Of a stretch of DNA of 64,000 nucleotides, positions 1-12,491 are shown in pieces. The translations under genes and the position numbers were made by a program. The stretch's first letter is position 1. Each line of letters begins with the position of its first letter. Location of the stretch: assembly GCF_009914755.1 (NCBI RefSeq), contig NC_060926.1; one strand, written 5' to 3'. The DNA comes from the human T2T-CHM13v2.0 reference genome, Homo sapiens. A model generated the notes under the pieces. The model did not search any database, was not told the origin of the DNA, and saw only the letters and a program-made list of their open reading frames with translations.

Positions 1-619
1 TTTCAGATATCCTTGTCAGTATAGGTTGCTGATGAACCATAAGATAAACAGATGACTCAATGGTTGTGTTATTGGTATACTTCGAGGCACAATTAGAGCT
101 TGCATGTATTTTTCTCCGCTTCTTTAACTATTATCTATATTACCCAGTGTGTTGACATTTTCTGTGGTAATTTTCTAAATTATATTCCAGTTATTTGGCT
201 ATATTTTCTAAGTAATATTGAATCAAAGATGGTACCCAGATGAAGTCTATTGTTGAAGCACAAATATCCTCCTCCGTAGGGCATGCATAAGTAACCAATA
301 AAGACCAGAACATTTCTGATTTCCATAGCGTCTATTCTGAAGCTCAATAGTTTTCTTAGTTGTTCTAGGAGAGCATGAGCTTCTTTATTCATAGGGTATC
401 TTTCTTTTGCTCTGATATTTCCCCACATATCTTTTTTATAACATGGACACCTTAGTATGTGTTGTCAATTTCAACTAGAAAAATAATTGTTTCGACAATT
501 CAATAATTTCTCAAATCACAGTTACTAAGTCTCATATAGTTCACCTTTACTTTGTACCAAGAGATTCAAAACTATTTTCATTCAAAGCTATTTTCTTTAT
601 GACATGACTTGACTATGTG

Positions 620-918
<299 letters not shown>

Positions 919-1164
919 TGACTGTTTTCTATTATAATTTCTGTTTATTGCCTCTAAAACAAGTTTAAACGTTGTGTGAAAAATACAATACTTAAAGAAA
1001 CAGAAGTACAGTATTTGATACTTATTAATACTTGATACTTTTCTATAATTGATGTCATCCTGGGATTTTATTCAACACTCTGCTCAGTATCTGTATCTTT
1101 CATGGGTTCTGCTTTCTTGCATATTAACTAATTAATCTAGTACTTTAAGGAAAAATACTTCTCT

Positions 1165-1320
1165 TATTTCTGAGGTGAAGAAATTGAGAAACAGAGAAGT
1201 GCAGTGGTCTTACGTGGTCCCGTGATCTTACATGGTCCCATGGTCTTATGTGGTCTAAATACTTGGAGCAGAGAGAAACACTCAGGACTCCTGATTTGAA
1301 AGCCTTTGTTCTTTCCACTA
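1165..1320 (-). mobile_element. MIR SINE relic with an internal 18-bp tandem triplication
   Basis: tgaagaaattgagaaacagagaagt...caggactcctgatttgaaagcctttgttctttccact matches the antisense MIR core. Confidence 0.7.
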
Positions 1321-1982
1321 GAGATAACTAAACTTACAAAAGTGATGTTTATACTGGAACTAGTCTACAGAGTATCAGAAGAAATGATTAGTCAATTAAT
1401 AGAAATGAACTTGCATTTCTATTAAAATTTGTCTCTCCTATCACTGTCACTGATCCTGGAAGGATGCCTTTTATTTGTCCAGGCACATAACAGTGTGATT
1501 TCTAAATGATAGTAATATTAAAAATAAAATATTTTAGCAATGTCATTCCAGAAGTTAATCTATTGTATAACAGTGATCATTTCAGTTTGATGCTTTCTCT
1601 GCTGTGAAGAGAATGTGCAGGCTTTAATATATCATGATGTCTGTTTATTCATTTCTTTCAACTTTTGGTTTAGTGCTTATAAATTACCCGTAACAGATTT
1701 GTAAGTGATCCCTTAGTCATCAAATTTGGTAGTATGATCTAGGAGACTAGTGAAAGATGTTATGCATGCTGAAGAATTCTGGTTGTGGATGTCTTTATAT
1801 GTCTATAAACCTTAAAACCTGACACCGTTGTAACACTGGTATTTCAGAAATAGAGCTAATTTACACTCTGTAAGCTATACATGTTACTAAATTTCTATGT
1901 TACATAGCTCCTAATTTTGGCTGACATAATTTCTAACCCCTAGGACTTTTGAGGTCATGTGATGAACAATTTAAAATAACGG

Positions 1983-2489
1983 GTATATTGGTCAGGAATC
2001 GCCAGAGAAACAGAACCAATACATACAACCAATAAAATTTATGTATGTGTGTGTGTATTTGTATATAGAGATATTAATTGATTGTGTGAATATATATTCA
2101 TTATGTGTGTATATATTTCTGAATATATATATATATACACACACAGAGAAATAATGATACTAATTGATTAATTTTAATTGGTTTACATGATTATGGGGGC
2201 TGGAAAGTAAAAAATCTGTAGTGCACGTTGGCAGTTTGGTGACCTATTGATGTTGGTCTCCAGGCTAAAGGTAATCTGGAGACAGAATCCCTTTTTCCCC
2301 TGGGAGGACTTCAGTCTTTTTCTCTTAAGGCCTTCAACTGTTTGGATGAGGCCTACCCACATTATGTAGGATAATCTCCAAGTCTACTGACTTAAATGGA
2401 ATCACATTTTAAAAATACCTTCCCAGCTACATCTAAACTGGTCTGAGTACTATTGCCTAGCCAAGTGAACAGATAAATTAACCACCACA
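1983..2489 (-). mobile_element. MLT2-family (ERVL) solo LTR
   Basis: Starts gtatattggtcagg...ccagagaaacagaaccaata, contains the typical (TA/TG) tract and ttaaggccttcaactg..tggatgaggcctacccacattatg, and ends gccaagtgaacagataaattaaccaccaca (reverse complement of the MLT2 5' end). Confidence 0.9.
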
Positions 2490-3212
2490 ACTGGGTGGTA
2501 ATGTTTTATATTGGTTTATTTAAAAATTGGTGTTATTTAATTCCAACAATGTTGTCCTAATAAAATTCCAAAGGCTTTTGTGATGCATATACAAGCTAAT
2601 ACAGTTTAGCCTAAAATTAGAGCTTTTGATTTTGAAAGTTAGTCTTTTTTTACAGTGTTAAATTCTAAATTTAAATTCTTTGGGGTCAGCGATTATTATA
2701 ACATAAGGCTTTTTTTTTTTGGTTTAACTTTTGCTAGTACTATAGCTAATTATATCAAGGCTAAAACCTTGATTGGCAGCATTCCACAATGATAAGAAAG
2801 ACAACTATTCTTTGCTAAACAATACTTAGCATTTCATAATATTTCTGGGAACTTACACATACATTTTCTTTTAAAATATCTTGTTTAAAGATTTATTTAA
2901 ATGAAACTACCATTGTTTTCTGTGTTGGTAACATTATTCATTATGGTATTTTATCTTTTATATTTTATTGTCTCGTGGCTAATAGGCATTTAATAAGTAT
3001 TAGTTCTCTACTTTTTTTATAGTAGAAATGGAGTTTCTGCTAACAATACATCTTCACATGCACAAAAATATTCTTCTAAATAATTTTGTTTTTAAACTGT
3101 GGTTATCGTTCCTTTGTTTCAACACTTCTCAAACTTACTATGTTTTGGTGGAATCGATGTAGCAGATCCTGGAGAAAGAAAGTATGTGTCATCAGCCTGT
3201 GACTATTGATTC

Positions 3213-3620
3213 TGTCAGGATAAGTAAATATAGGCTCAATTATGCTACACATAAAACAACCACAAAATCCCAGTGGCTTAATAAACCAAGGGCTCATTCG
3301 CTGCTTATCTACATGTCTAACATGTGTCAATCTGGGAGCTCTGCACGTCATAGTTCTTAGAGAACCCAGGCTGAGACTTGATTTTGTACATATGCACCAT
3401 GATGACTATGCCAGGAGAAGGGATACTTACTGTGAATTGTATATGCTCTTAAAGCTTCCACCCAGAGGTGTCCCACAACACGTCTGCTCATGTATTGCCA
3501 ACTAATACAAGTCACATGGCCATGTGCCTAACTGCAAAGTGGGTGAGGAAGTGGTAATTTGAATATGAATGTGGAAGGAGGGGATGTGGAATACTTGTGA
3601 ATAGTCCTGGTGACCATAAT
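3213..3620 (-). mobile_element. Old MaLR LTR (MLT1J/K-like)
   Basis: ttatgctacacataaaacaaccacaaaatcccagtggctta...ctcttaaagcttccacccagaggtg...aagtcacatggccatg..cctaactgcaaag are MLT1J/K hallmarks. Confidence 0.75.
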
Positions 3621-3644
3621 CAGGTGCTGTTTCAGGTGTGATTC

Positions 3645-4255
3645 TGTATCAGGAATGATTTTAGCTTTAAAACATGGCTAAGATTAGCTCGTAAAGATAT
3701 TCAGTTATTTCACATAATAAGGGTAGATAGGCAGTCTAAAAATTGACATAGGAGCTCATGGATTATATAAAAGATTAGGCTCTTTTCATATATCTGTACT
3801 ACTTTTCCCAGAATCATGGATTTTTGTCTTTAGCCTGGCCATCTTAAGGTTTTCAGAAGACTTCTATAGCTATAAATATCAAATCCTCATTTGTCTGCCC
3901 CAAATCAGGAAGGAGGAAGCAGATTTTCTTCTTTGATTTCTCTCTCTTTTTTTTCTTTCCCTGTCTGTCTCATATCAGAAGGAGTATCTTCCCTGAAGAA
4001 AAAATTCTGCTTTCTTAGCAGATTATCCCTTATTTTTTGTTAGTTAGACCCTGTCACTGGGCAACTCTTAGGTGCAGGAAAGATGGGAAAGTATCTGAAA
4101 ATGGGGCAAAGGATAAGTGTAACAGATTTAAAAGACAATCATGCCTTTACTATCTTTCCTCATCTGGGGCTGGACACTTTGCCCCTTGAACAAAATTGTA
4201 CATCTGGATTAAAAAAGAAGGACAAATTGTTATGGAGAGAACACAGGAGCACCTT
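3645..4255 (-). mobile_element. Second old MaLR LTR (MLT1K/L-like)
   Basis: ttatttcacataataag..., gtcactgggcaactcttaggtgcaggaaagatgggaaagt and catctggggctggacactttgccccttgaacaaaattg resemble MLT1K/L. Confidence 0.6.
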
Positions 4256-4611
4256 TCACAAGGCGAAAAAAAAGCCTTCAAAATTAAATAAGGAGATGAT
4301 AATTTGAAGTAAATCATTGAGCAAGACAGATTATCATGTAGTCTAAGATAGTTAAAAAGTAAACTATGGGAGGATGAGATTATTTGAGCTAGAGGGTCAG
4401 GTCAGTCATTAAGGCAGTAACAAATGAGCAGATCCTTGGGAAACTGAAAGGATTTCAATGACAGGGCATTCCAAGGTGGAAATACTAAAGGCAAAGGTAC
4501 AGGAACATTAAAATGCTGAGGAATTAAATTTACGAATTTAGGATTAAATAATGTAGAGCCATATATATTACACAAGAACTTGAACACTTCATGGAGCCTT
4601 ATAACTTGGGG

Positions 4612-4975
4612 GCATTGTGATCTGGTGGTTAAGAACAATTGCTCTAGACTTAGACAATGTCAACTCCATCTCAATTCTACCACTTACTAGTTGTGAAACA
4701 TTGAACAGGTATCCCAAGTCTTCATTTCCATACCTGTAACAAATGGAATAATAAATGATGCGTACTTGTCTTTGTTAGGGTATTCCAAACTGCTGTAATG
4801 AATAGATGCAAAAATTTAATGGCTGAAATAAAATAGAAGTTTATTTCTTGTTCATATAACAAGGTAGTAGGCAGGCTCTGTGCCACGTAATCATTCAAGA
4901 ACCCAGGATGACAACAGCTTTGCCATGGCATAGCACCTGACACAGAGTAAGTAATAAATAAATATTAACTGTTAT
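4612..4975 (+). mobile_element. MIR relic interrupted by an MLT1-type LTR fragment (~4772-4925)
   Basis: gtggttaagaac...ccacttactagttgtga...ctgtaacaaatggaataataa (MIR), then ctgctgtaatgaataga...aagtttatttcttgttcat (MLT1J-like), then the tail cacctgacacagagtaagtaataataaatatt. Confidence 0.6.
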
Positions 4976-5120
4976 TTATGTTAGCCATAGCTTTGGTTTA
5001 GAAACCAAAAGGCTTAATGGGGAATTGACAAAAACATGTCTTCTTAAACCACTGCATATGTTTGCCAGAATAATCTTTATTTCAGTGCGAATCATTTTAT
5101 TTTTCTGCTCAAAATAAATT

Positions 5121-6574
5121 AATACATACAAGCAGAGAGCCAAATCATGAGTGAACTCCCATTCACAATTGCTATAAACAGAGTGAAATACCTAGGAATA
5201 CAGCTTACAAGGGACATGAAGGACCTCTTCAAGGAGAACTACAAACCACTATTCAAGGAAATAAGAAAGGACACAATAAATGGAAAAAATTCTATGCTCA
5301 TGAATAGGAAGAATCAATATCGTGAAAATGGCCATACTGCTCAAAGTATTTTATAGATTCAATGCTATTCCTATTAAGCAACCATTGACTTTCTTGGCAG
5401 AATTAGAAAAAACTGCTTAAAATTTCATATGAAACCAAAAAAGCCCATATAGCCAAGATAATCCTAAGCAAAAAGAACAAAGTTGGAGGCATCATGTTAC
5501 CTGACTTCAAACTATACTACAAGGCTACAGTAACCAAAACAGCATGGTGCTGGTACCAAAAAGATATATAGACCAATGCAACAGAACAGAAGCCTCAGAA
5601 ATAACACCACACATCTACAACAACCTGATCTTTGACAAATCTGACAAAAACAAGCAATGGGGAAAGGATTCCTTGTTTAATAAATGGTGCTGGGAAAACT
5701 GGCTAGCCATATGCAGAAAACAGAAACTGGATCCCTTCCTTACACCTTATACAAAACATAAGTTAGATTAAAGACTTAAATGTAAAACCGAAAACCACAA
5801 AAATCCTAGAAGAAAACCTAGGCAATACCATTCAGGGCATAGGCATGGGCAAAGACTTCATGACTAAAACACCAAAAGCAATTGCAACAAAAGCCAATAT
5901 TGAAAAATGGGATCTAATTAAACTAAAGAACTTCTACACAGTTAAAAAAAAATGGTGCTCTTTAAAAAATCAGGAAACAATAGATGCTGGCGAGGCTGTG
6001 GAGAAATAGGAACACTTTTACACTGTGTAAATTAGTTCAGCCATCGTGGAAGACAATGTGGCTATGCCTCAAGGATCTAGAACCAGAAATACCATATGAC
6101 CCAGCAATCCCATTACTGGGTATATACCCAAAGGATTGTAAATCATTCTATTATAGAGACACATGCACATATATGTTTATTGCAGCACTATTTACAATAG
6201 CAAAGACTTGGAACCAACCCAAATGCCCATCAGTGATAGACTGGATAAAGAAAATATGGCACATATATACCATGGAATACTATGCAGCCATAAAAAAAGA
6301 ATGAGTTCGTGTCCTTTGCAGGGACATGGATGAAGCTGGAAACCATAATTCTTAGCAAACTAACACAGGAACAGAAAACCAAATACCACATGTTCTCATT
6401 TATAAGTGGGAGTTGAACAATAAGAACATACGGACACAGGGAGGGGAACATCACACACCAGGGCCTGTTGTGGGGTAGGATCAAGGGGAGGGAGAACATT
6501 AGGATGAATACCTAATGCATGCAGGGCTTAAAACCTAGATGACAGGTTCATAGGTGCAGCAAAACACCATGGCA
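5121..6574 (+). mobile_element. 5'-truncated L1PA (about L1PA7/8) ORF2 3' part and 3' UTR, with an internal deletion and no poly-A end
   Basis: ORF-track peptides [25 protein letters not shown] and DPAIPLLGIYP are L1 ORF2. About 285 bp are missing at ~5950 compared with the L1 at 55855-56146. The element stops at caccatggca. Confidence 0.96.
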
Positions 6575-6692
6575 TCTAAACAATGCTATATTCTAAGAAG
6601 GGCATCAGCTTCTTATAATAGAGAACTTATTGAAGTTTGCAGTTATATTTTTATTAAAATAAAGCCCTCAACCTAATCCTGAAAGAAGAAAC

Positions 6693-6850
6693 TGTGTTGT
6701 AGTATACAAAGAACATGAGCTTTCTAATCCTGACCTTACTGTTTCTTGCTCTTGTTCTAAAGTTACTTAAGAAACTCTCTTATGTAACTTTAGGCAACTT
6801 ACTTAGTTTTTTCTGTGCCTCAGTTTCTATATTTAAAAAATGAAGACACT
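6693..6850 (+). mobile_element. MIR relic
   Basis: tatgtaactttaggcaacttacttag...ctgtgcctcagtttctatatttaaaaaatg is the MIR core. Confidence 0.7.
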
Positions 6851-6894
6851 GCTAGGTACACACACCAAAAAGGTACAATTAAAAAGTGAGTGAA

Positions 6895-7345
6895 ATTCAC
6901 AACAGCAAAGACATGGAGTTAACCCAAATGCCCATCAATGATAGACTGGATAAAGAAAATGTGGTACATATGCATCATGGAATACTATGCAGCCATAAGA
7001 AGGAATGAGATCATGTCCTTTTCAGGGACTTGGGTGGAGCTGGAAGTCATTATCCTCAGCAAACTAACACAGAAACAGAAAACCAAACACCACATGTTCT
7101 CACTTATAAGTGGGAGCTGAGCAATGAGAACACATGGACACAGGGAGGGGAACAAAACACACTGGGGCCTGTCAGAGGGGCATGGGGAGGGAGAGCATCA
7201 GGATAAATAGCTAATGCGTGCTGGGCTTAATAGGTAAGTGATGAGTTGATAGATGCAGCAAATCACCATGGTACATGTTTACCTATGTAACCAAACCTGC
7301 ACATTCTGCACATGTATCCTAGAAGTTAAAGTAAAATTAAAAACT
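6895..7345 (+). mobile_element. L1PA 3' end fragment (older L1PA, about PA13-16)
   Basis: MIDWIKKMWY..MEYYAAI..HMFSLISGS is the ORF2 C-terminus; the 3' UTR ends gcacatgtatcctagaagttaaagtaaaattaaaaa. Confidence 0.95.
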
Positions 7346-7924
7346 AATAATCTAGAATTATGCCAGCTAATTTGTTTAGCCTTATGCATTACCAAAATTC
7401 TTAGAATTTTTCACCAAGAGCATTACTTATAAACTTATGTTTTCCTACCTTTTATAAAAATGCTACAGAATTTGAAAAGGGTAGGTATGGTGGAAAACAA
7501 GGTAGAATTGATAAAACAAAGGTCCTAAGTATGTTACAGACCTAGCGGTCATGCTTATAATGATTAGGAATTATTCACTATTCACCTATTTTGATCATTA
7601 AATGTTATTCTCTGTGGAAGCATTGATGATAACTTTGGGACATGAAGCTACTTTTATGTTACTAATGCAAATCCAAAATGCATTCTGTCTTTTATCACTA
7701 GCAGACCATGTCCTTGAAGCCTATGCAAGTCTTTAGCTATTAAAGCTGTATGTGGGTGTGTTTTAAGTACCATGAATCAGGCCTTTTCTTGGGGCATTTC
7801 TGTGGGAAGAGGAGTTTCTAATGCACTTAGAAGGAACGGAATTAAACTTCCCAAACTGAATTGAAACAGTGGGGGACCATAGAGGCTAAATCATGCACTC
7901 TCTTAAATTGGACAAGCTCATGCC

Positions 7925-8020
7925 ATTGTGCTTCTCAAACTTTAATGTTTGTGGGGGCAGCAGGGGGAGAAGACTGAGATTCTGCACGATAATACATGGA
8001 GCACACTGTGAGTAGCAGTG
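7925..8020. mobile_element. MER5-like hAT remnant
   Basis: gtgcttctcaaactttaatgt...ctgagattctgca...cacactgtgagtagcagtg resembles MER5A termini; short and degenerate. Confidence 0.5.
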
Positions 8021-8645
8021 AAGCCCTGCTGTGTTGGTCCCAGAGCTACAAAATTGACTTAGGTTTTACTGTTGAAAGCTGAGCTGGGGCATCTGAAACT
8101 CAGGTATCTTAACAAGAACATTTCTGACACAAGGGGTATGTGTGTGATTATTTTATAAGCCAGAGCCTTATTTCACCAGAAATATTATGACTAGGCTTTA
8201 GTCACCTATATAATAAACCACAAGGTATGTACAGATGAGTTAAACTTTATTTAAAATAATAAAATGTTTAAATGTGTATTTGAACACATGTCTATCTTCC
8301 CGTATAATAAAATAAATCACATATATTTTAAGACATATGCCCAGGGCTGAGATATTTATGACTGATATTTATGCATGTTATTCAGGACCAGTGCCTGATA
8401 TAGAGATGCCTGTGCCATATCTGGTTTTAAATAGTTTGAAATCCTCCCTCAGTATTTTATAAGCATAGCACAACAGTACAAATTCCTTTCCTTTGTACTG
8501 AGTCAGCTCAGCATTTTCCATAGTTGATAGTACTGAAGCAATATCAGGAATGTATAGGAGCCATGATATGCAGATATACATTGCTGTTAGGTACCAAGAG
8601 TACACTTGAAATCACATAGCTCAGTTGTGCATGCACCAGGGTTCA

Positions 8646-9949
8646 GAACTCGGAATCCAACATCCCTAGGTATACTTTACATCCATTTCCCCCAGAGTTG
8701 AAGCCACCTCCTCAGAACACTGAGAAAGAGTCTGGAAATAATCTGCAGGCATTTTCTCCCTTTTTGTGTCATGGAAATCTGCTCCCTTCCCTGTCACCCT
8801 CTTTTCCTCCCTCTTCTCTGGAACACCAAACACAATCTCCTCGATGAGTTAGGCTATCCCCAAGATAGGAAGATAAGTTGTTTCAAGGGAGTCTGCCTTT
8901 GCCTTTCACATGGAACCTCTATAGAAAACAAAAACACAAATGGGGATGGTGGCTGCAGATCTACGAAGGAAAAAACACAGTTTAACATCAGCTTCCCTTT
9001 AATTTTTCCTCCCATCGCTCAGATCCTAAGGTATCATTAATGTCCAGATTGTCTAAAACTGAATTTCTAGATCTGCTCCCAACTCACTCTCAATGGCTCC
9101 TGCTAACTTTCATTTGATCCATGCTGGTTTCCTGACTGAATCCCTATCTTCCTTCTCTATTACACCATACACTTTTCTCCAGTCTTACCTCAGGAACAGA
9201 ATTATTTTTATTCCTTCTTTATTTGTGGTAAAAGGATTTGGTATTTGCCTTTTTGGCCTTTTCTGCTCCTAAAAACTGCTTTTAAGACACGCAATGAGTC
9301 CTGCACTAAGGCTGATACATCCTGGGTCTTTCAACCTCCTATCACCAGGAGGAGGGATCCCAAGGGTGCTCCATAACCCACTTCTATTTTCTAAGAGATT
9401 ATTGTTACAGTTCTTTATCTTGTTTAATCTACAGTTCAAACTCCTCCTCCCCTGGCACTCACTCTAGACCTTCTAGAAGTCCTCAGCTACAGTACCTTAA
9501 TAGCATTCCCACATGGCTGCATTTCTCCTATCTTCTATTATAGGTCCTATGACTAGGACTATAATACAGATCACAGTTCTCTTTGGACTTTCTACCAGCT
9601 CTTCTATCTTGGTGATGGATCTTTCCTCCATTTCAAAAAACAGTACAGATTTTGTTTAAAATTCTATTATGAATGATGTGGCTACATACACTGCCCTTCC
9701 TAGGTCTTCTACTCCTGGCATTTTCCCCAAGCAACATGCAGAAACTATCTTTCCATATCAGGGTATGTTTCCAGTAATCTGGTTTAAATATCTACTCTTA
9801 AATGGCCTGCTTTCCTAGCAACTCTAGTGCCAAGAACATGGCTAACTTCAACATGCCCTTCTCTTTTGATGAGGGTGTTCTTAGCACAATTACTTCTCAT
9901 TTGGTATCTACTTTCACCCCCAGGCAGCTTGTTCTTCGGCTCAGTTCAT
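8646..9949 (-). mobile_element. Decayed PNMA-like Ty3/Gypsy gag reading frame (ancient Gypsy internal region or PNMA-family pseudogene)
   Basis: Manual minus-strand translation gives collinear blocks resembling PNMA proteins: ATG at 9949; CLGVKVDTK*EVIVLRTP; PRKGSVC; EF*TKSVLFFEMEERSITKIEELV; VPGEEEFEL*IKQ (core 9435-9458); LLVIGG*KTQDVSALVQDSLRVLKAVF; VRLEK; WIK*KLAGA. Many stops and frameshifts. Confidence 0.75.
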
Positions 9950-10744
9950 GGCTTACTTTGACTCAGGTGCAGCTTTACCCTGTGCTATAGTAGTACCTTC
10001 TGTACCCCTTCCCCTAGCAGGATAATCCTAGTGTGATGCATTACCTGGTAATTTGGAAGGTTTGTACAGTGCATTATTGAATGCCCTTATCTGCTAGTCA
10101 AATACCTATTCAGTGCTCAATATAACTATTACTTTGAGTTCAAGTTGTATCTACCAACTTGGGCACATCCATAGAAAGTGGTTGTTGTAGAGTACTCCCT
10201 TCTTGATTTTGAATTGAACAGTGTCACTGAGATCCTCGGCAGGCATGGGTTCTTCTCTCTTAGGTCTCAGAGTCTGAGTCTGTCATCACTTGTGAACTCA
10301 AATCCCTCTCCTTTTGAATTGGCATATTTTCTTTTCTTTTCAACCAGTCTTCCATTCTTTTCTTGTAGAGTTGAATTCTGTTAATTCTTCAATTTAGTCA
10401 CCAGTCACTCAATTCTATCATATTTTATTTTAGATGGGCTGAGGGGTGACAGCCCTGCAAGGTGTTTTAGGTGGAATATTTGTGAGTCAAACATTTTCCA
10501 TTGCCAGAATGGTTGTCTCTCCACGTCTCTGTGTTTATTATGCTAAAATATCCTCTATGCATTTTCTCACCTGAGATTGCACTTACAAATGCCCTCTTTT
10601 ATTAGTTAGGGTTTAACACATGACATCAACAAGGAAGAAGGGTGAGATATTTTTCAGTTCTAGTATGAAAAAGCTCTGAAAAAAATGCCAGCCTTATGCA
10701 TTGTACATAGTGCCTGGCAGCTAACAGTGCTTAACATATTTTTA

Positions 10745-11560
10745 AAAAAATACAGCTACTTTTGAAGGGTAATATGTATACAGCAAAGTGCACATGTTAT
10801 AAGTATACAGCTCAATGAATTTTCACAAAATGAGCACATTCATATACTCACTAACCAGATCAAGAAATGAAAGATCACAGGTAGCCCAGAAGTCCCAGTC
10901 ATGCCCACTCTTAGGCTCTTTTCCCCAAAGTAATCCCTTTTCTGACATTTAACAGAATTTTTGAATTCTGTTAAAAAATAAATGGCATTATAAAGAATGT
11001 ATGCTTCTGTGTCTGCCTTTTTTTTTATTCAACATCATGTTGAGATTCATCTATGTTGCATGTAATTTGTTCAATTTCATTGTCACTATTTTGCATTGTG
11101 TAAAAATAAAGCAATTTACTTATTCTAATATTGCTGGACATTTGGGTTGTTCCCAGTTTTGGGCTGTTGAGAATAATACTGTTATGAATATTCTTATATT
11201 TGTTTTTTTATAAACATATATGTATATCTGTTAAAATTCAGATCCCTGGGTGAGAGGGTTTATGTATAACATTACTAGACACCAATAAAATCCAAAGTTA
11301 TTGTATCAGTTTATACTCCCATAAGTAGTGTTTGAGAGTTCCAGTTTCTTTATATTTTTACAAACACGTTATATTGTCAGTCTTTTTATTTTAGTCCTTC
11401 TAGTGTGTGTGCCATGGTATTTCATTGTAATTTTACTTCATATTTAACTCATGATTGTAGTAGTTGAGAACATTTTATATGTTAGTCATTTTATAAAGCA
11501 CCTTTTCAAGCAACTTGTCCATGTTTTTTGTCGTTGTTTTTAATTATCTATCTTTTCCTC
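10745..11560 (-). mobile_element. Ancient L1M (L1ME/L1MC-type) 3' end, interrupted by the L1PB
   Basis: aaagtgcacatgttataagtatacagctcaatgaattttcacaaaatgagcac...ggacatttgggttgttcccagttttgggctgtt is antisense L1M 3' UTR/ORF2; it resumes at ~19800. Confidence 0.88.
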
Positions 11561-12491
11561 AAATATTCTTTTTTTCTATGGGGAAGGGCAAATTTTATTT
11601 TATTTTGTTTCTTAATTTTTTTTTGTTTCAATAGCTGTTGTTGGAGTACAAGTAGTTTTGGGTTACATAGATACATCCTATGGTGGTGAAGTCTGGGTTT
11701 TTAGTGTAACTGTCAACCTGAATAGCATACCTTGTACCCAATAGGTAACTGTTCATTCCTTTCCCTGCCTGTCCCCTCGCCATCCGAGTCTCCAATGTTC
11801 ATTTTATGACTCAGTATGCCATTGTGTACTCATGGCTTAGCTTCCACTTATAAGTGGAAACTTGGGGTATTTGGTTTTTCAATCCTGTTATATCACTTAA
11901 GATAATGGCCTCCAGCGTCATCCAAGTTGCTGCAAAAGACATTATTTCATTCTTTTTTTTGTGGCTGAGTAGTATTCCATAGCGTATATATACCACATTT
12001 ATTTTCTTCACTCATTAGCTGATGGGCACTTAGGTTAATTCCAATTCACAGTTCCACATTTGCAATTGTGAATTGTGCTTTGATAAACATCCTTGTGAAG
12101 ATGATTTTTTAATTGAATAACTTATTATCCTTTGGGTAGGTACCCAGTAGTGGGATTGTAGGATCAAGTGGTAGATCTGCTTTTAGTTCTTTGAGAAATC
12201 TCCATACTGTTTTCTATAGGGGTTGTACTAATTTACATTCCCACCAAAAGTGTATGTGATCCCTTTTCACCACATCCATGCTAGCACCTATTGTTTTCTG
12301 GCTTTTTAATAATGGCCATTCTGGCTAGGGTAAGGTGGTATCTCATTGTCATTTTAATTTGCATTTCCCTGTTGACTGGTGATGAGCATTTTTTCATATG
12401 TTTATTGGCCATTTGTATATCTGCTTTTGAGAAATGTCTGTTCATGTCATTTGCCCACTTTTTAATGGGATTATTTGTTTTCTTCCTGCAG

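Noticed and set aside
180-428. 82-aa minus-strand ORF containing YPMNKEAH, reminiscent of the gammaretroviral RT start (YPMSQEAR)
   Set aside because: Similarity is limited to about 8 residues, with no following RT motifs or LTR context; probably chance.
1204-1257. Short direct repeats as a CRISPR-like array
   Set aside because: The units are contiguous with no spacers, and the DNA is clearly primate.
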